Shown: positions 9,959 through 22,168, numbered from the stretch's first letter. The stretch is 64,000 nucleotides of DNA from Selaginella moellendorffii (GCF_000143415.4 NW_003314365.1:74708-138707), one strand, 5' to 3'. Notes: generated by a model from the sequence alone, not told the origin. Translations and numbers: made by a program.

Positions 9959-10975
9959 TCAGCGGTGGCAGTGAAGTGGAGTTGAATTGTTGGAGTGTTT
10001 GTTGCTGGAGCTGGTGTTGTTGGAGTGAGTTGAGCCTGATTGTTGAGATGTTGGCTTCGGTTTCTTGCTGGGAGTTGCTCCTTTTGATTCTGACTGTTCT
10101 TCGGAGCTGTCACTTTGTTCTGTGGAGTTTATTTGGGTTGTCCACGGATGTTTGTTGGGAAGAGCTTGGTGTAGAGCGATTAGCAGTGGGAATATTACTG
10201 TCCGCATGGTCTGTTTTTTTAGTGTGGCGAGGATGGAGCAGTCGAGAAGCTTGAGAAGGAGCTCGTGGAGATGATGAGCCATGTTCACACGTTTGCCGTC
10301 AAGTAGAGCTCTGTAGACTTCTACTATGCACTTGCCAATGGTGCGATCTATTGGGCGAAGTTTGTAGTAGAGGAGGAGGGCTTTGAGGCGATCCATATGC
10401 TGTTCCTCGATGTCCTCCCATGTGAGCTCACCGGTAATTTCTCGATTGGCCTTGATGATTTGCTGTGGAACTTCTCCTGAAAATTTGAGCAGTCCCTTGT
10501 TGGAGATTTTGAAAACGGAGGCAATTCTTGCTGGGCTGAGGGTGATTTCGTTGGTGCCATCGATTATGGTGCCGTTCTTGGGGTTGAAGGAGGTGGCCAG
10601 CTTCCTCGCTAGTTTTTGATCAGGGTGTGTTGAAAAGGCCTTGTGGAGGAGCTCAAATCCATGGCCCTTGAGCCAGGTGGTTGTGTCGTTGCTGGGAAGC
10701 CTAGGAATATGGTGTATGACGTATCTGAGGCGCCGGGGTGGATGAGTTGGCATCTTTCTCTTCATTTTCAGTGGTTGAAGTGCTCGCCCCGTTAGGGTTC
10801 TTGAAACCTGTAACTGTTGGTTGGCTGATTGTGTGGCGCTCGATTGTTGGTGATGAATGGTAGAGATTTGTTGACGGAATTGATGTGGTTTGATTTGGCT
10901 TGATTGCAGATCAATGGTGGATATTGCTGATGAAGTTAACTCAAGTTCAACTATTGATATTTGCTCAGGTGGCAT
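9959..10975 (-). CDS. Extra ORF downstream of pol (possible plant-mobile-domain/Transposase_32-like protein)
   Basis: 338-aa open frame, also open in copy 2. SFNPKNGTI..EITLSPARIASVFKI..G resembles PMD-like motifs. Family assignment is inference. Confidence 0.5.
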   Translation of the reverse strand: MPPEQISIVELELTSSAISTIDLQSSQIKPHQFRQQISTIHHQQSSATQSANQQLQVSRTLTGRALQPLKMKRKMPTHPPRRLRYVIHHIPRLPSNDTTTWLKGHGFELLHKAFSTHPDQKLARKLATSFNPKNGTIIDGTNEITLSPARIASVFKISNKGLLKFSGEVPQQIIKANREITGELTWEDIEEQHMDRLKALLLYYKLRPIDRTIGKCIVEVYRALLDGKRVNMAHHLHELLLKLLDCSILATLKKQTMRTVIFPLLIALHQALPNKHPWTTQINSTEQSDSSEEQSESKGATPSKKPKPTSQQSGSTHSNNTSSSNKHSNNSTPLHCHR

Positions 10976-13584
10976 TGATCCAATAGTAGCTTGGGACTTA
11001 GAGATTTTTGCTGCTGTTTATTGCTGAAGTTGGTGGATGAGTTCGTGTTGAGTTGAGTTGAGTTGTGTCGAACTGATTTGAGTTAAAGTTTGTCTGCTGG
11101 GGTGAGTGTCGATTGTTGGTTTTGGGGTGTTTGTCAGTTTGGGTCGGAAATTTGCTGAGGTGCTGATGCTGAATATGTCGATGTGATATGGTCGAAGCTT
11201 GTTGAGGTTGACGATCTCAATGAAGTCTTCAGCGAGTGTGCTGACTTTGGCGGTGCCGTTGGGGTATAGTTCAATGATTTTGAAAGGTCCTTGCCATTTG
11301 GTGTGGAGTTTTCGGCCAAGTTTGCCGATGGGTCCTCGGTATCAAAGAACATGATCGTCGACGTTGTATTTGGGAATGTTATACCGGGATGCTTGTCAGT
11401 CATGCCGAGCTTTTCTCTGTTTTTGGATGGCGTGAAGTGTCCAGAGGGCGTTGAGTCGGAGTTCGTCGAGATGTTCGAGTTGCTGAAGCCTTTCTCGAAC
11501 TGCATGTTGCTGTTGCTTTTGCTGTGGCATGTCGGAGAGGTATTGCTTCGGCCCACTTGGTAGTGTAATCGGTGGTGATGATGATGTACTGATTTCGTTG
11601 ACGGGTGCTGACTTGGGGTCCGATGAAGTCGAGTCCCCATTTCTGAAATGGTGCCATTGGGAATGTTGGGTTGAGTTGTTGAGTCTGAGTTTTTTGGCAG
11701 TAATCGGTGTTGGTTGACAGTATGTAGTGTTGGAACTTTTGAAGTGAGTAGATCATGCCAAGAGCTTCTTTCTTGGTGGTGGTGTAATTTCATTCAGCTG
11801 GGTTGAGTAGTCAGCTGGCGTAGTAGATTGGTTGATCTCGGTTGTTGTGTTGAATTTGGCTGAGAATTGCACTAGTGACAATGTCGGAAGTGTCGACATG
11901 AATGTGGAACTCTTGTGTCCAGTTGGGCTTGGAAAGGATTGATGCTGTTGTTAGTTTGAGTCGGAGATTGTCGAATGCTTGTTGCTGTTCAAATGTCCAT
12001 GTCCATTGGGCATCTTGCTTCAATCCATTGGTGAGTGGTTTGGCAATGTGAGCGTACTTGTGGATGAATCGTCGGTGATATCCGACTTTGCCGAGGAAGC
12101 GCTGAAGTTCTTTGTCGGGGTTGAGTGCTATGTCTTTGTTCTCCTCGCACTTGTTGAGGCATTTCTCCAGGCATTCAAGATGTCGATCTTCTGAGCTGAA
12201 AATGCTAAAGTCGTCCATGAAGACTCTCATGAAGTTGGTGAGGTATTCTCGGAAAGTGTTGGTGACGAGCCTTTGGAAGGTGAATGGGGCATTGTAGAGT
12301 CCAAAAGGCATTCGTCGGTAAGCATAGGCTCCCCATGGACTGATGAATGCTGTCTTGTGCTGATCTTCTTCGGCAATATAAATTTGGTTGTAGCCAGAGA
12401 AACCATCGAGGAAGGAGTACATCTTGTGTCTGGCAACTACGTCAAGAACTTCATTGGTAAACGGTATCAGGAAAACATCTTTTTCAGTGGCGTCGTTGAG
12501 CTGTTTATAGTTGACGCAGATTTGAAGTTTGCCATTTTTCTTCGGCACAACCACCAATGGTGAAAGCCATATCAGATTCTGAATCGGGTAGATGTACTTG
12601 ACTTGGAGAAGCTTGTCGAGTTCTTTCTTTACTTGTTCCATCAGATTCGGATTCATCCGGTAGGCTGCTTGTCTTCTTGGTTTTGATTCTGGAAGAAGGG
12701 TGATGGTGTGAAGGCTGAGTTTTGGCGAAATTCCCTTAAGGTCTCGATAACTCCAAGCAAACAAGTGTTTCTTCTTTCGGAGAAGATTGATGCCTTTGTC
12801 TCGAAAACTTGCCGAGATGTCGGTGGCGAGTACAATGTAGTGTTCGTTGCCGTCGTCGGCAAGGCTAAATTTTTCGAGTTTTTGGTCGGCTGGAATTGAC
12901 GGAATGTAGGCAACTTTGTTGTGGTTGTCGACTGTGAATGCTAGTGGCGCTTCGAGTTTTGTATCTCGAGTGACTGAATTTTTCAGTGCTGATGTAATTG
13001 GGGGTCGTTCTCATTGGAAGTCGGCGACAATTCGGAAGAGGTCGATCTCGGCCAAAGGTTCGAGATCAGGGTAGGCTTTGAGAATTTGTTGTTCTTCATA
13101 GTCGTCGAGGCCATCTTCGAGATTATATTCTTCCAAGTCAATAGGTCGGTTGTGGCTGGACAGCGATTTGGTCGCTTTTGTAGACACAGTTGTCGGTCTG
13201 TCTGGTCTGCGAAGGATAAGATTGTCATTGGGCCAATCTTGATAAACTTGGGCAGTTCGGAGCCAAGGTCAACCGAGGAAAATTGAGTATCCATTGGTCT
13301 GCTCTGGTAGTTTGAGGATGACATAGTTGACTGGTATTTCGACGCCTTGAATGGTGGGGTTGACTTTTCGGATGATGCCTTTGGGTTGAATAGATCGGTG
13401 GTCGGCTATTCGGACATTGAAAGGTGCTGGGTGGACTGGGTCGATGTTGAGTTGTTGAACAAGACTTTCTTCAATAATATTAACGCTAGAGCCGCCGTCA
13501 ATTATGGCTCCTCGAACAAGGTGTTGTCGAGTCGTAGGTCAATTGTCGGAACATCATTATGACAATCGCTTGGTTGAATCTCAG

Positions 13585-15126
13585 TGTGAGACACAAAATC
13601 CCTAGGCCCCAAAGTGGAGCCGAAAGGGTGCCATGTGGTGGTGGCCGAAGCGAAAGCCAAACGAGCGTAACACGTTTGGACTAAAAGCTCTGACTTCAAA
13701 GGTCGAGAGCGGGAGTGGAACTCCCAACAAAGTGCTCAAGGAATGAGCACGAAGCGAGCCATAAGCGAGGCTCTACAAAGGGACCCGAGATGGAGTCCGA
13801 GATGGACGCGAGATGGAGTCCGAGATGGACCCGAGATGGAGTCCGAGATGGACCTGAGATGGAGTCCGAGATGGAGTCCGAGATGGACCCGAGATGGAGT
13901 CCGAGATGGACCCGAGATGGAGTCCGTGATGGAGTCCGAGATGGACCCGAGATGGAGTCTGAGATGGACCCGAGATGGAGTCCGAGATGGACCCAAGATG
14001 GAGTCTGAGATGGAGTCCGAGATGGAACCGAGACCGGGACCGAGACTGAGACCAAGACCGAGACTGAGTCCGAGTCCGAGTTCGAGTCCGAGTCCGAGCC
14101 CGAATACTAATACAGGCAGTTGGGTGAAAGCCCAAAGCGTGCGTCTCCCAGGGAGGGGGGGCTGCGCGGGGTTCCAAAAGTATAGTAGGGAGAGTGTGGG
14201 GGTTGGAGCCCAGTGGAGCCAGTTTGGCCAGGAAAGGCCAGTTTGGCCTAGGAAGGCTAGACCCAGTGTTGGGTGATGAGTTGACCATTGGGAAGTCCAA
14301 GACTAGAGTGAACACGAACGGACAAGCGGGATAGCTTGGTGAAGTGTTCAAGAGCCGGCTCTAGTTCCCCCGGAAGATCGACTGGCTGATGCTCCCAGTC
14401 CAAGTGTGGGTGGCACTACCTACTTGGATACCAGGCGTGGCTCAACGGAACCTCGCTCTAAGCCCATGGCTAGAGCACCCAAAGGTGGAAGGCGGGGAGA
14501 GTACCCAGGTGGCTTGCGTAAGGCCACGGTGTTCCGAAATGTTGTCCCAAAGGCCCAGACTATGGAAAGGAAGAGGAGCAGTCCTCTGGGGTAGTGACCA
14601 AGGACACAGTCATGGGGAGAGGAAGTCCCAGAGGACCGTGGGACTTAGTGGTCGGGCCTGTGGGCCTCGATCCAGTGGCAGTGTTGGCAAACACGGCCAG
14701 GGGCAGAAAGGGATTTAGTGGGGACTGATAGAGGGATATTGGGGAAGGCTGTTCCCCTTATCGGTGGGCATCCTAAGGATGCTAAGGAGTGGATTTGAGA
14801 TGACCACTCACGAATGGTTTGCCTAGTCTTGGAGAGCCAAGACTGTGATGCAAGTGGTGTTGGACTACCAATGTGGCAAAGGTGATTGAGCATGGCCTTA
14901 GCGTAACAGGCTGCTATATCGGTGGTACCTTTGAGTGTCGGTCATGGGATCAGACACATGGAGCACTTGGACCAGGTGTAAGGGTTGAGTGGCATGGATG
15001 CCATTCTTGGGGCTAGCAAGTCCCAAGTCTTGGATTGGACTTATGGAGGTTGTGAATGAGACTCCTCCAAGTGGTCGGAGGTGTGGTTAAGTGACTAAAG
15101 TAGAATGGAAAATTTAGTCGCTTACA
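13585..15126. mobile_element. 1542-bp solo LTR of a different family, inserted just upstream of the protease motif
   Basis: TGTGAG...CTTACA termini. 5-bp TSD CTCAG/CTTAG (empty site CTCGG in copy 2). No coding signal or internal repeat of its ends. Confidence 0.8.
13781..14100. repeat. Minisatellite of GAGATGGAGTCC/GAGATGGACCC units grading into GAGWCC hexamers
   Basis: Directly visible tandem 11/12-bp units, then 6-bp units. Confidence 0.9.
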
Positions 15127-18100
15127 CTTAGTTCAAAATGTGTCAATAGCTGTCTGTGTCCAGTTGAGTGTGGGCGAGTCTGTCAAAGTGTTGGTCTGTG
15201 CAGATGTTAGATTGGTGAGCTGTTTGGTGAGGTAGGATGCAATCTTCAGCAGTTGGCCGATGGTGATCTGAATATTTTGGTTGAGGATAGTCTCTGCTAC
15301 TTCTTGGATTTTGTCGAAGTTTGCTGAATTGTGTTCTGGTGTCAGTGTCAATGTTGGACGATTTGTCTGTCGGTTTTCTGGTACTGAGTCTTGGCATTGT
15401 TGTCGAGCTGGTGATGGTTGAGCTTCATTGTCGGAGTCTAAAATCACTAATTCGGGTGGTTGTAGAGCGAGTTGCCGTTATATCTTGGTAGCTAACTTCT
15501 GCTTCTTTTCCCATTCCCGGAGTTTTGTCAGGCTCTCAGGGCCTTTCTCTTTACTATCTCCGGAATCTCTGTCTGGTTGTTGTTGTTTTTCTGCTCGAAT
15601 TTGTGCTCGGGTTTGTACTACCATGACTTGAGGATCTGAGTCATCATTGTCAGCATAAGGTAGTTCGTCGGTCTCGACCATCTTTGTTGCTGGTGGTTGC
15701 TGCTGGTTTTGATCTTGTTGTCGAGGAGGCGGTGGACCAAGTCTCGGCGGACCGCCTTGGTTTTGAAGTCGAGGTTGCCATGCTCGGTTGTTACAATTGC
15801 CTTGGTAGCCATGGTCTTGATAACCTTGGCCTTGGTATCTTCGGTTTTGGTATCTTGGGTATTGTTGGTATCCTTGGTTGTAGTTGTCTCGGTTTGCTGG
15901 GTAGTTCCAGTTCGGCGGGTGTTGTTGATCGTTGTAGTTGTTGTTGTAGTTGTTGTTGTAATTGTTGTAATTATTGTAGCGAGGTTGATCATTCCATTGT
16001 CGACTCTGGTGTTGGAAGTTGTTTCTTAGCAATCTCCAGTTTGTTGGAGGTGGTGGCTGGTAATTGTTGAAGTATTGATTTGGATATGGTTTTTGAAATT
16101 GCTGTCGGGGATAGTTCGAGACTTGTCAAACTTCTGGAGAATTTCAAAATCTGCAAGTTTTGGCATCATGACCTTCTTTGGTACAGATCTGGCATTTGGA
16201 GATTTGGAGCTTGTAGTCACTTGCCAGATGTCCTTCGTTCTTGCACTTAGTACACCAAATTCTAGATCAAAATTCTTTGATGTCGGCCTTGGCTTTTCCC
16301 TTGAGCTTGTCGATTGTTTTCTTGAGTTTCCGAAGTTTTGACTTGGTGCTCTCTCCAAGTTCATCTCGGAGTTGTTGTCCGAACTGCTATCAGAATCTGA
16401 GTTATCTGTGTCATCTACTTGTGCTGTCATTCGTCGAGCTTGAACATCTTGATGGGCTCTTGTGAGTTCGAGATAAGTGGCAACGTTGATGTGCATTGCT
16501 GCTTCTCAGAGGGATCGTTGGAGTCCTTGCATGTACCATTGGTAAAGTAATGTTTCGGTGGCACTGTTGCCTCATTTGCTAGCATGTTGAGTGAAGGTTT
16601 GAGTGTAGTTGTCGATGGATTGACCAGACTTCTACTTGAGTTTTTGGATCTTGTGATTGAGTGAGGGAAGACTTGAATTGGTCTATGAGCTTGAGTGCGA
16701 GGTCGTTGAAACTTGTATTTTGAGGAAGCGTTTGAGCCCATTTGTTGGCTCTCTTTCGAAAGGGTACATCAGAAATAGTATGGAAGTTCAGTCGTCTGGC
16801 TGTTGATTTGGATTGCTTCTCGGAACTGTTCAACATGTTTCTTGGCATCTTCTGACTTCAGACCATGAAATAGTGGATAAGAGACGTGTCTTCCGATAGG
16901 TATGTTGGCGACGGCGGTAGTGACTGCCATTTGCTGTTGGTAGTAATGTTGGTATTGTCGAGGTTGTTTTGTCAGGTTGTCACCATGGAGTCCTAAGGTG
17001 ATTTGTAGCAAGGGGTTGTCGAGGTCAATAGCAAAGTTGGTGTAAGAAGAAGGTGGTGAATTGTTGTTGTTATTTAGTGGACTCTTCTCTGTTTTTTCTT
17101 CTATGTTGGGACTGTTTTTGGGTGTGTCATTGACGTCGTCGTCAGTATCGGGTTGCTTGCCGGTGTTGATTTTTGGAAGATGGTGCTCAAACTTGTTGTC
17201 GATGTATTTGTCAGAGTTATGTTGTCTTGGTTGTGGTTGTTCTTCTAAATTGTCAAAGAGTTCTTCGAATGTATAGTTGTGTGGTGATTGTGGTTGCTGT
17301 GGAAGATTGTTGTCGTCGTCGACGATTGGTTTGTCGATCTCGTTGTTGTTTGATGATTGGAGCTGTTTGGCAGTTTGGTGTGAGTTGTTGACATCGAGTG
17401 CTTGACTATTGGACGATTCAGGTTGTTCATCTTTACTGCTGTTGACTGAGTATATCGGAGTGCGACTGTAATTGGTGAAGTCGAGTTGTTGTCTCGTCAG
17501 CGTGTTGAAGTTGAAAGCGTGTTCGAAAGGTCTTGCTGATAGTGGGCTTCGGTAGATGTTGGAAGCAAATGTGGGATATATTGGTGTTGTGAATATCGGT
17601 CAGTATGGTGAAAATGGTGTTGGTCTGGTGAAGTCTGTGAAGCTGGGTGGGAAACTTGGTCGTTCGTCATCACTGTAGATGGGGTTGGTGAATGTACCTT
17701 TGAAGTGGTTGTATGCTGCTTGAAAAATGTTTTGTTGCTCGGGCGTAGTCTGTGTCGACTGCTCAAATGTTCGGTCGGGCTCAGGCACTTTGGTGGGTGC
17801 TGTCGAGGGTGTTGATTTAGGCTCGGGCACTTCGGTGGGTGCCATCGAGGGTGCTGCCGGTGGTGTGTCTAGTGGTGTTGTGTACTCGTCGTATTCTTCG
17901 CAAATGTCCAATACTGGTTTGTTGGAGTTAGCTCGCGGTAATAATTTGTGTCGGATGTAATTCTCTCTCTTGGAGGGTTTAACAATTTGATTCAACTTCT
18001 CTTAGTCTTTCTTTCTCTTTGTTTATAAATTCTTCAAATCTCTATCTAAACTTCGGATAAGCCGTTGTCGGTCTTCTTCCGACTTTCTGGATGTTCTTCG

Positions 18101-19045
18101 TGGTTTTGGATACATGCATTCTTCTACTGGTTGTTGGTGTCAGATTTGTGTCTGCAGTCAATCATGCAGTTCGGGTAGAACTTCGGGAAGACTGTCGGCA
18201 GGCCAATTGTCGATAAAGTCGTTGTGAGGTTGTTATTTCTTTTCTATGCAAATATTGACGGTGGTGCGTGTTGGGTTGTGTTCAGCCGAGTTGTGTTGGG
18301 TCGAGTGTGCTGGTGCAGTATGCAGACTGGTCTTCCACTTGCTGGTGCCGAGATGGAGTTTGATGAAGAGTTTCGGATATTTGGGTTTGTCTGGAATGAT
18401 TTCTTCAATAATGTCGTCGAGTTGTTCGAGTCCAGATTGGGTGATGGCGTGATTGGCAAGAGTTGTTGCAGCGAACGTGTTGATTTTGAACCGAGTTCGG
18501 ACTGTTGTTTTGGTGCTGAGCTGCTGACTCTATCGGAGGGGTTGTCGAAAAATTGGTGGTGCGTTGTCAAGTTGTCCCTCGACAAGTTCTCTGATACCGG
18601 GTAATAGAGTGATGGGTTCGTTGTTGGTGTAGGTTCTGAGGATGTGCTTCGGTATTTGGAGTGGACGCAGGAATTGGAATTGTGTCGGAGCACTAGGATT
18701 GCTGGGTCGACGACTGCACGGAAGATGAGTTCGTTTCAGTAGTGGTGTCGGTTTGTGTCGAGCGCGCTGGTTGAGGTCTCGAGCTTGGAGTGGGTGGTCT
18801 TGTGCTCGGAGATGGAGTTCGCCAATGAAGCTGTTGAGGGTGTCCGCTGATGAAGGTGCTGGTAGATTGGAGTTTCTTGTCAAAGAGGGCTGTTGGTGGT
18901 CTTTGTTGGTGATTGGACTCAGAGATTGAGTGAGAGAGCTTTCAGATTCTGCAAAGATCTCCTCTGAGAAGGGTCTGCCTCTACTGCGTTGGGCGGCGAT
19001 CACTTGGACGCCATTGATCCATATTGGTGGTGGCATTTGTTTGTT

Positions 19046-19123
19046 GAATTTGGGCGAATTGGGTGGCGAATTGGGTAGCAAATTGGGTGGCAAATTGGGT
19101 AGCGAATTTTGGCGAGTTGGGTA
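19046..19123. repeat. 12-bp tandem repeat (AATTGGGTRGCR) in the element leader
   Basis: About 6 degenerate units just upstream of the MPPPIW ATG. Present in copies 2 and 3. Confidence 0.7.
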
Positions 19124-19206
19124 GATTGCTTGATCGTTCTTGCTATCTGCGCACAAAGAATGGAGAAAGAATGGAAGAATTTGTGAACCTAAAAGGGAAT
19201 TCAAAA

Positions 19207-19219
19207 GCCATGGTTGCCA
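19207..19219 (-). promoter_or_regulatory. Primer binding site (possibly tRNA-Arg)
   Basis: TGGCAACCAYGGC 2 nt inside the 5' LTR, also at 35025-35037 and 51003-51015. Resembles the complement of a plant tRNA-Arg 3' end (TGGCGACCAC). tRNA identity uncertain. Confidence 0.65.
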
Positions 19220-19221
19220 AA

Positions 19222-19516
19222 TGAAGAGGTGTGAAAACTCCTCTTGGCTGGAAATCTATTGTTAGTAAGAAAACAAAAGAGAAAAAAGCCCAATCTCCAA
19301 GGGCAGAGAAGAAGCATGAGAAAAAGAATGCTATGTATTAATAAGAAAAATGATGGAATGGAGATAGGGATCCACAATTCGGATTCCCCCTTTTGAAAGG
19401 CTAGTGGTTCTAACTGCTAGCATATACTATATGCTGTGCATGATTTAATCTATGGCTCCGATGCAACCCTGGGTTCAAAGTCGGAGTCCCCTGAGCCTGG
19501 GTTTTTGGTTAATACA
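19222..19516 (-). repeat. 5' LTR of copy 1
   Basis: TGAAGAGG...AATACA followed by TSD CGATG. Confidence 0.95.
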
Positions 19517-21845
19517 CGATGTGTCGAGTGTAGTGTTTTGCGTAAGCTTGTGGGTGTGACTAGGCTAGTGGAGTCATGTTTTAAAGCTTCTCCTTGTCCC
19601 TTACCATGCTCGCAGTGGCTTAACGTACCCATGAGCAGTTGAGGGACTTCTTCAAACCTCACAGATCCTTGTGTTGTATCATCGCCTCGCTTGCCATGCT
19701 TCTTCTCTTGTCAGCCATCAGCTATGCAGAGTCTAAACCTGCAAGCAGCTCTTGAGGAATTGTTTGCTCTCACCTGATGCTCGATCAAGGCTCTCACAAC
19801 GTACTCGGGACTAGACTACAGTGGATATCACTGATGCAACAAGCTTTAGGTTCCGAGTCTAAGTTAGTTGCACCAACTCAAAGATGTTCTGTTCTGTTTC
19901 ATGGTTTTGAACATGGTTTTTCTATAGGAACAAGCATCAGACTGGAAGCTTTTGGGTGGTGTCTTGATGAATTAAGCTCCCCGAGGGTTTCATCTTGCGA
20001 AGAAGAGAGAAACAACTACCCCCAACCTTCAGCACTCTTGACATTTCCAGATGCCTTGCAACTCGAATCTCTTGGGCAGAACGCACCGGTGCTCTTGAGG
20101 GGGGTGCCTGGATCAAATCAAACTGATGGGAAACATTCGCGTGCTAGCTGAGCGCCATGCCCAGAATTTCAAGAAACGATTCATGAAAGTAACAAACACG
20201 TTAACAAGCTATTAATGCATAATTTGGACGGGAACCTGTTGGCCGGATATCTGGCTCGAATAAAAACAATTATTGGCAAGGTCACAGGTTCGAACCCACA
20301 GCCAGAGACCCAATTAAATTTTACTTCGCTTGCGCAAGGCACCTGGGTCTTTATGGAATTCGCTGGAGTGCTTGAGCAGCAGCAGCAGCCACGATGATCA
20401 TGGTCAGTGTGTCGATCTAGCCCAGACTCTTCCTTTTGCTTTAAAGTCATGCTGGAACGCGTCTCAGCATTGCTCGCTTGAACGCCAACAGGTTTGGACG
20501 AGGAGAGGAGCTTAAACTTGCAGCCCGCGTGACTCGCAATGCAGCCTTGTCTACGAAAGTATCATTGCATTTCAGCTAGAGGGGGTGTCCAAGTTTGAAT
20601 CCACCACTAGCTCCTCCTACATGCTTCGTCAAAATAGCGAATCGCCGAGGACTACTGACGACCTGGATAACGATACGCTGCTCCACACTTTCGAGCAGCG
20701 TTTGACTGCCACGCTTGTGCCAACCTCATGTAAGAAAGAGTGGAGCTGAGCGAGAGCGTAGCCTTTCTTCTCGACGTGGGTCCTTGCAGAGCATTGTGTT
20801 GTATCATTCCACCGCTTGTCATGCTTCTTCTTTGCTCTCACCTGACGCTCGATCAAGGCTCTCACAGGCTGCAGTGAATAACAAAGGAATCACTGGTGCA
20901 TCAACCCTCAGGTTCTGAGTCTAATCAGTTGCACCAAATCAGGGATGTGCCTCTCGTGTTTTTGGGAGTGAGTATTTAATTTCATGGTCTTGAACATGGC
21001 CAGAGGATTTGATCTTGCAAAGAAGAGAGAAACAAATAAATACCCCAACCTCCAGCACTCTTGACATTTCCAGATGCCTCTCAACTCTGCTCTTCAAGAG
21101 GGTGGTTGGATCAAATCAAACTTGCTCATTTTCCAGAAACTTTTCTTGTTCCGAGAAACAAATTTTGCTCCAAAAAAATTCCTGGAACCAAGAAGAGAGG
21201 CTTGGAAACGTTCGCGCGAACTTGCCCACGTGATTGATACGGAACAAGAAATCAGCACGCGTGCCATTCACTCAAAATCAATAACAAGCGAAACACTTTA
21301 ACAGGCTATTAATGTTTAATTTGGACGGGAACCTGTTGGCCGGATATCTGGCTAGAATAAAGAAATTTATTGGCAAGGTCACAGGTTCGAATCCACAGCC
21401 AGAGAACCACCTAAACACACTTTTTTCAAGTGTAGGCGATGTTGGAGTTTCTCCGCGATATTGGAATTTCCTTGTTTCTTCCTCCCGCAGGCTCGAGAGA
21501 CAAAAAAGACAGTGGTCGATCTAGCCCAGAAACAAAGGATCCTGGAATGTGTCTCTCGCTTGGAACGATAATAGATTTGGAGGAGGAACTTGCGCCTCGC
21601 GTGACTCGCAATGCAGCCTTGTTACGATCGCACAGAGTGCTGCAGACTGCCAAGGAAGAACACGAACGCTGAGCGGCACACTCTGCAAGCTGGAACGCGA
21701 GCGATTGAGCGGAGCAGAGACAGGACACGACCCTGGACATCGGTTTACCGATGCCCAAGAGTTTTGGCAACCTTCGAATGGCTGTGAGTCATGATCTCCA
21801 GCCCAGAGGACAGGTCCAACTAGCATCGGACTTTTCCCCACTCTT

Positions 21846-22040
21846 TCATTCTCCAGCGCTGAAATTTGGCTCGACACTGGCCTCGTCTAGCTTCCCAGAT
21901 CTCCCCAGCAGATCCACCAAGCATCTTAAGTTTTCCATGATCGTGGACTTGCTGTAGTTTTGGGCTATGGACGACAAGTAGTTCTCATCCCGAGATGACT
22001 GCAGGCAGAAGACCTCGCTCTGATCACAGTAGCTTGCAAG
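21846..22040 (-). pseudogene. PPR fragment (C-terminal PLS repeat motif)
   Basis: ME(N/H)LRCLVDLLGRSGKLDEA. Copies at ~37600 and ~53472. Confidence 0.75.
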
Positions 22041-22064
22041 ATGCAAAGGAGGGAGAAACGTTGC

Positions 22065-22168
22065 AAAATTTTTTGATTGGGTCTCTGGCTGTGGATTCGA
22101 ACCTGTGACCTTGCCAATATATTTGTTTATTCTAGCCAGATATCCGGCCATCGGGTTCCCGTCCAAAT
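22065..22168 (-). mobile_element. tRNA-like module, minus-strand copy
   Basis: Reverse complement of the module. Other copies: + at ~20220, 21318, 36038, 37143, 52079, 52945; - at ~37808, 53690, 59385. Confidence 0.55.

Larger units (their letters stand above)
11134..19036 (-). pseudogene. gag-pol polyprotein of copy 1 (approximate 3' end; interrupted at 13585-15126)
   Basis: Gag YPLFHG..EDAKKHVEQF; zinc knuckles CQICTKEGHDAKTC and CTKCKNEGHLASDY; PR AIIDGGS; RT LDGFSGYNQI/FMDD; RH VDTSD..IYYAS; INT WGLDFIGP and KWQGPF. Confidence 0.9.
5754..19516 (-). mobile_element. Ty3/Gypsy LTR retrotransposon copy 1 (defective, with nested insertions)
   Basis: 295-bp TG..CA LTRs, TSD CAATG/CGATG, PBS and PPT, domain order gag-PR-RT-RH-INT. 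Confidence 0.95.

Noticed and set aside
13781-14100. CRISPR-like array or repeat-protein ORFs (13696-14351)
   Set aside because: No unique spacers and a eukaryotic context. The ORFs are by-products of a stop-free minisatellite.
14265-14300. 5S-like motif TGACCATTGGGAAGTCCAA in the 1.5-kb LTR
   Set aside because: Only about 12 exact bases, and in opposite orientation relative to the terminus shared with the Cassandra LTR. Too weak to call.
15684-16070. Hydrophobic poly-Val and Cys-rich plus-strand ORFs as membrane or metallothionein proteins (also ~31500, 47470, 62800)
   Set aside because: They are antisense shadows of the AAC/TAC-rich gag tract.
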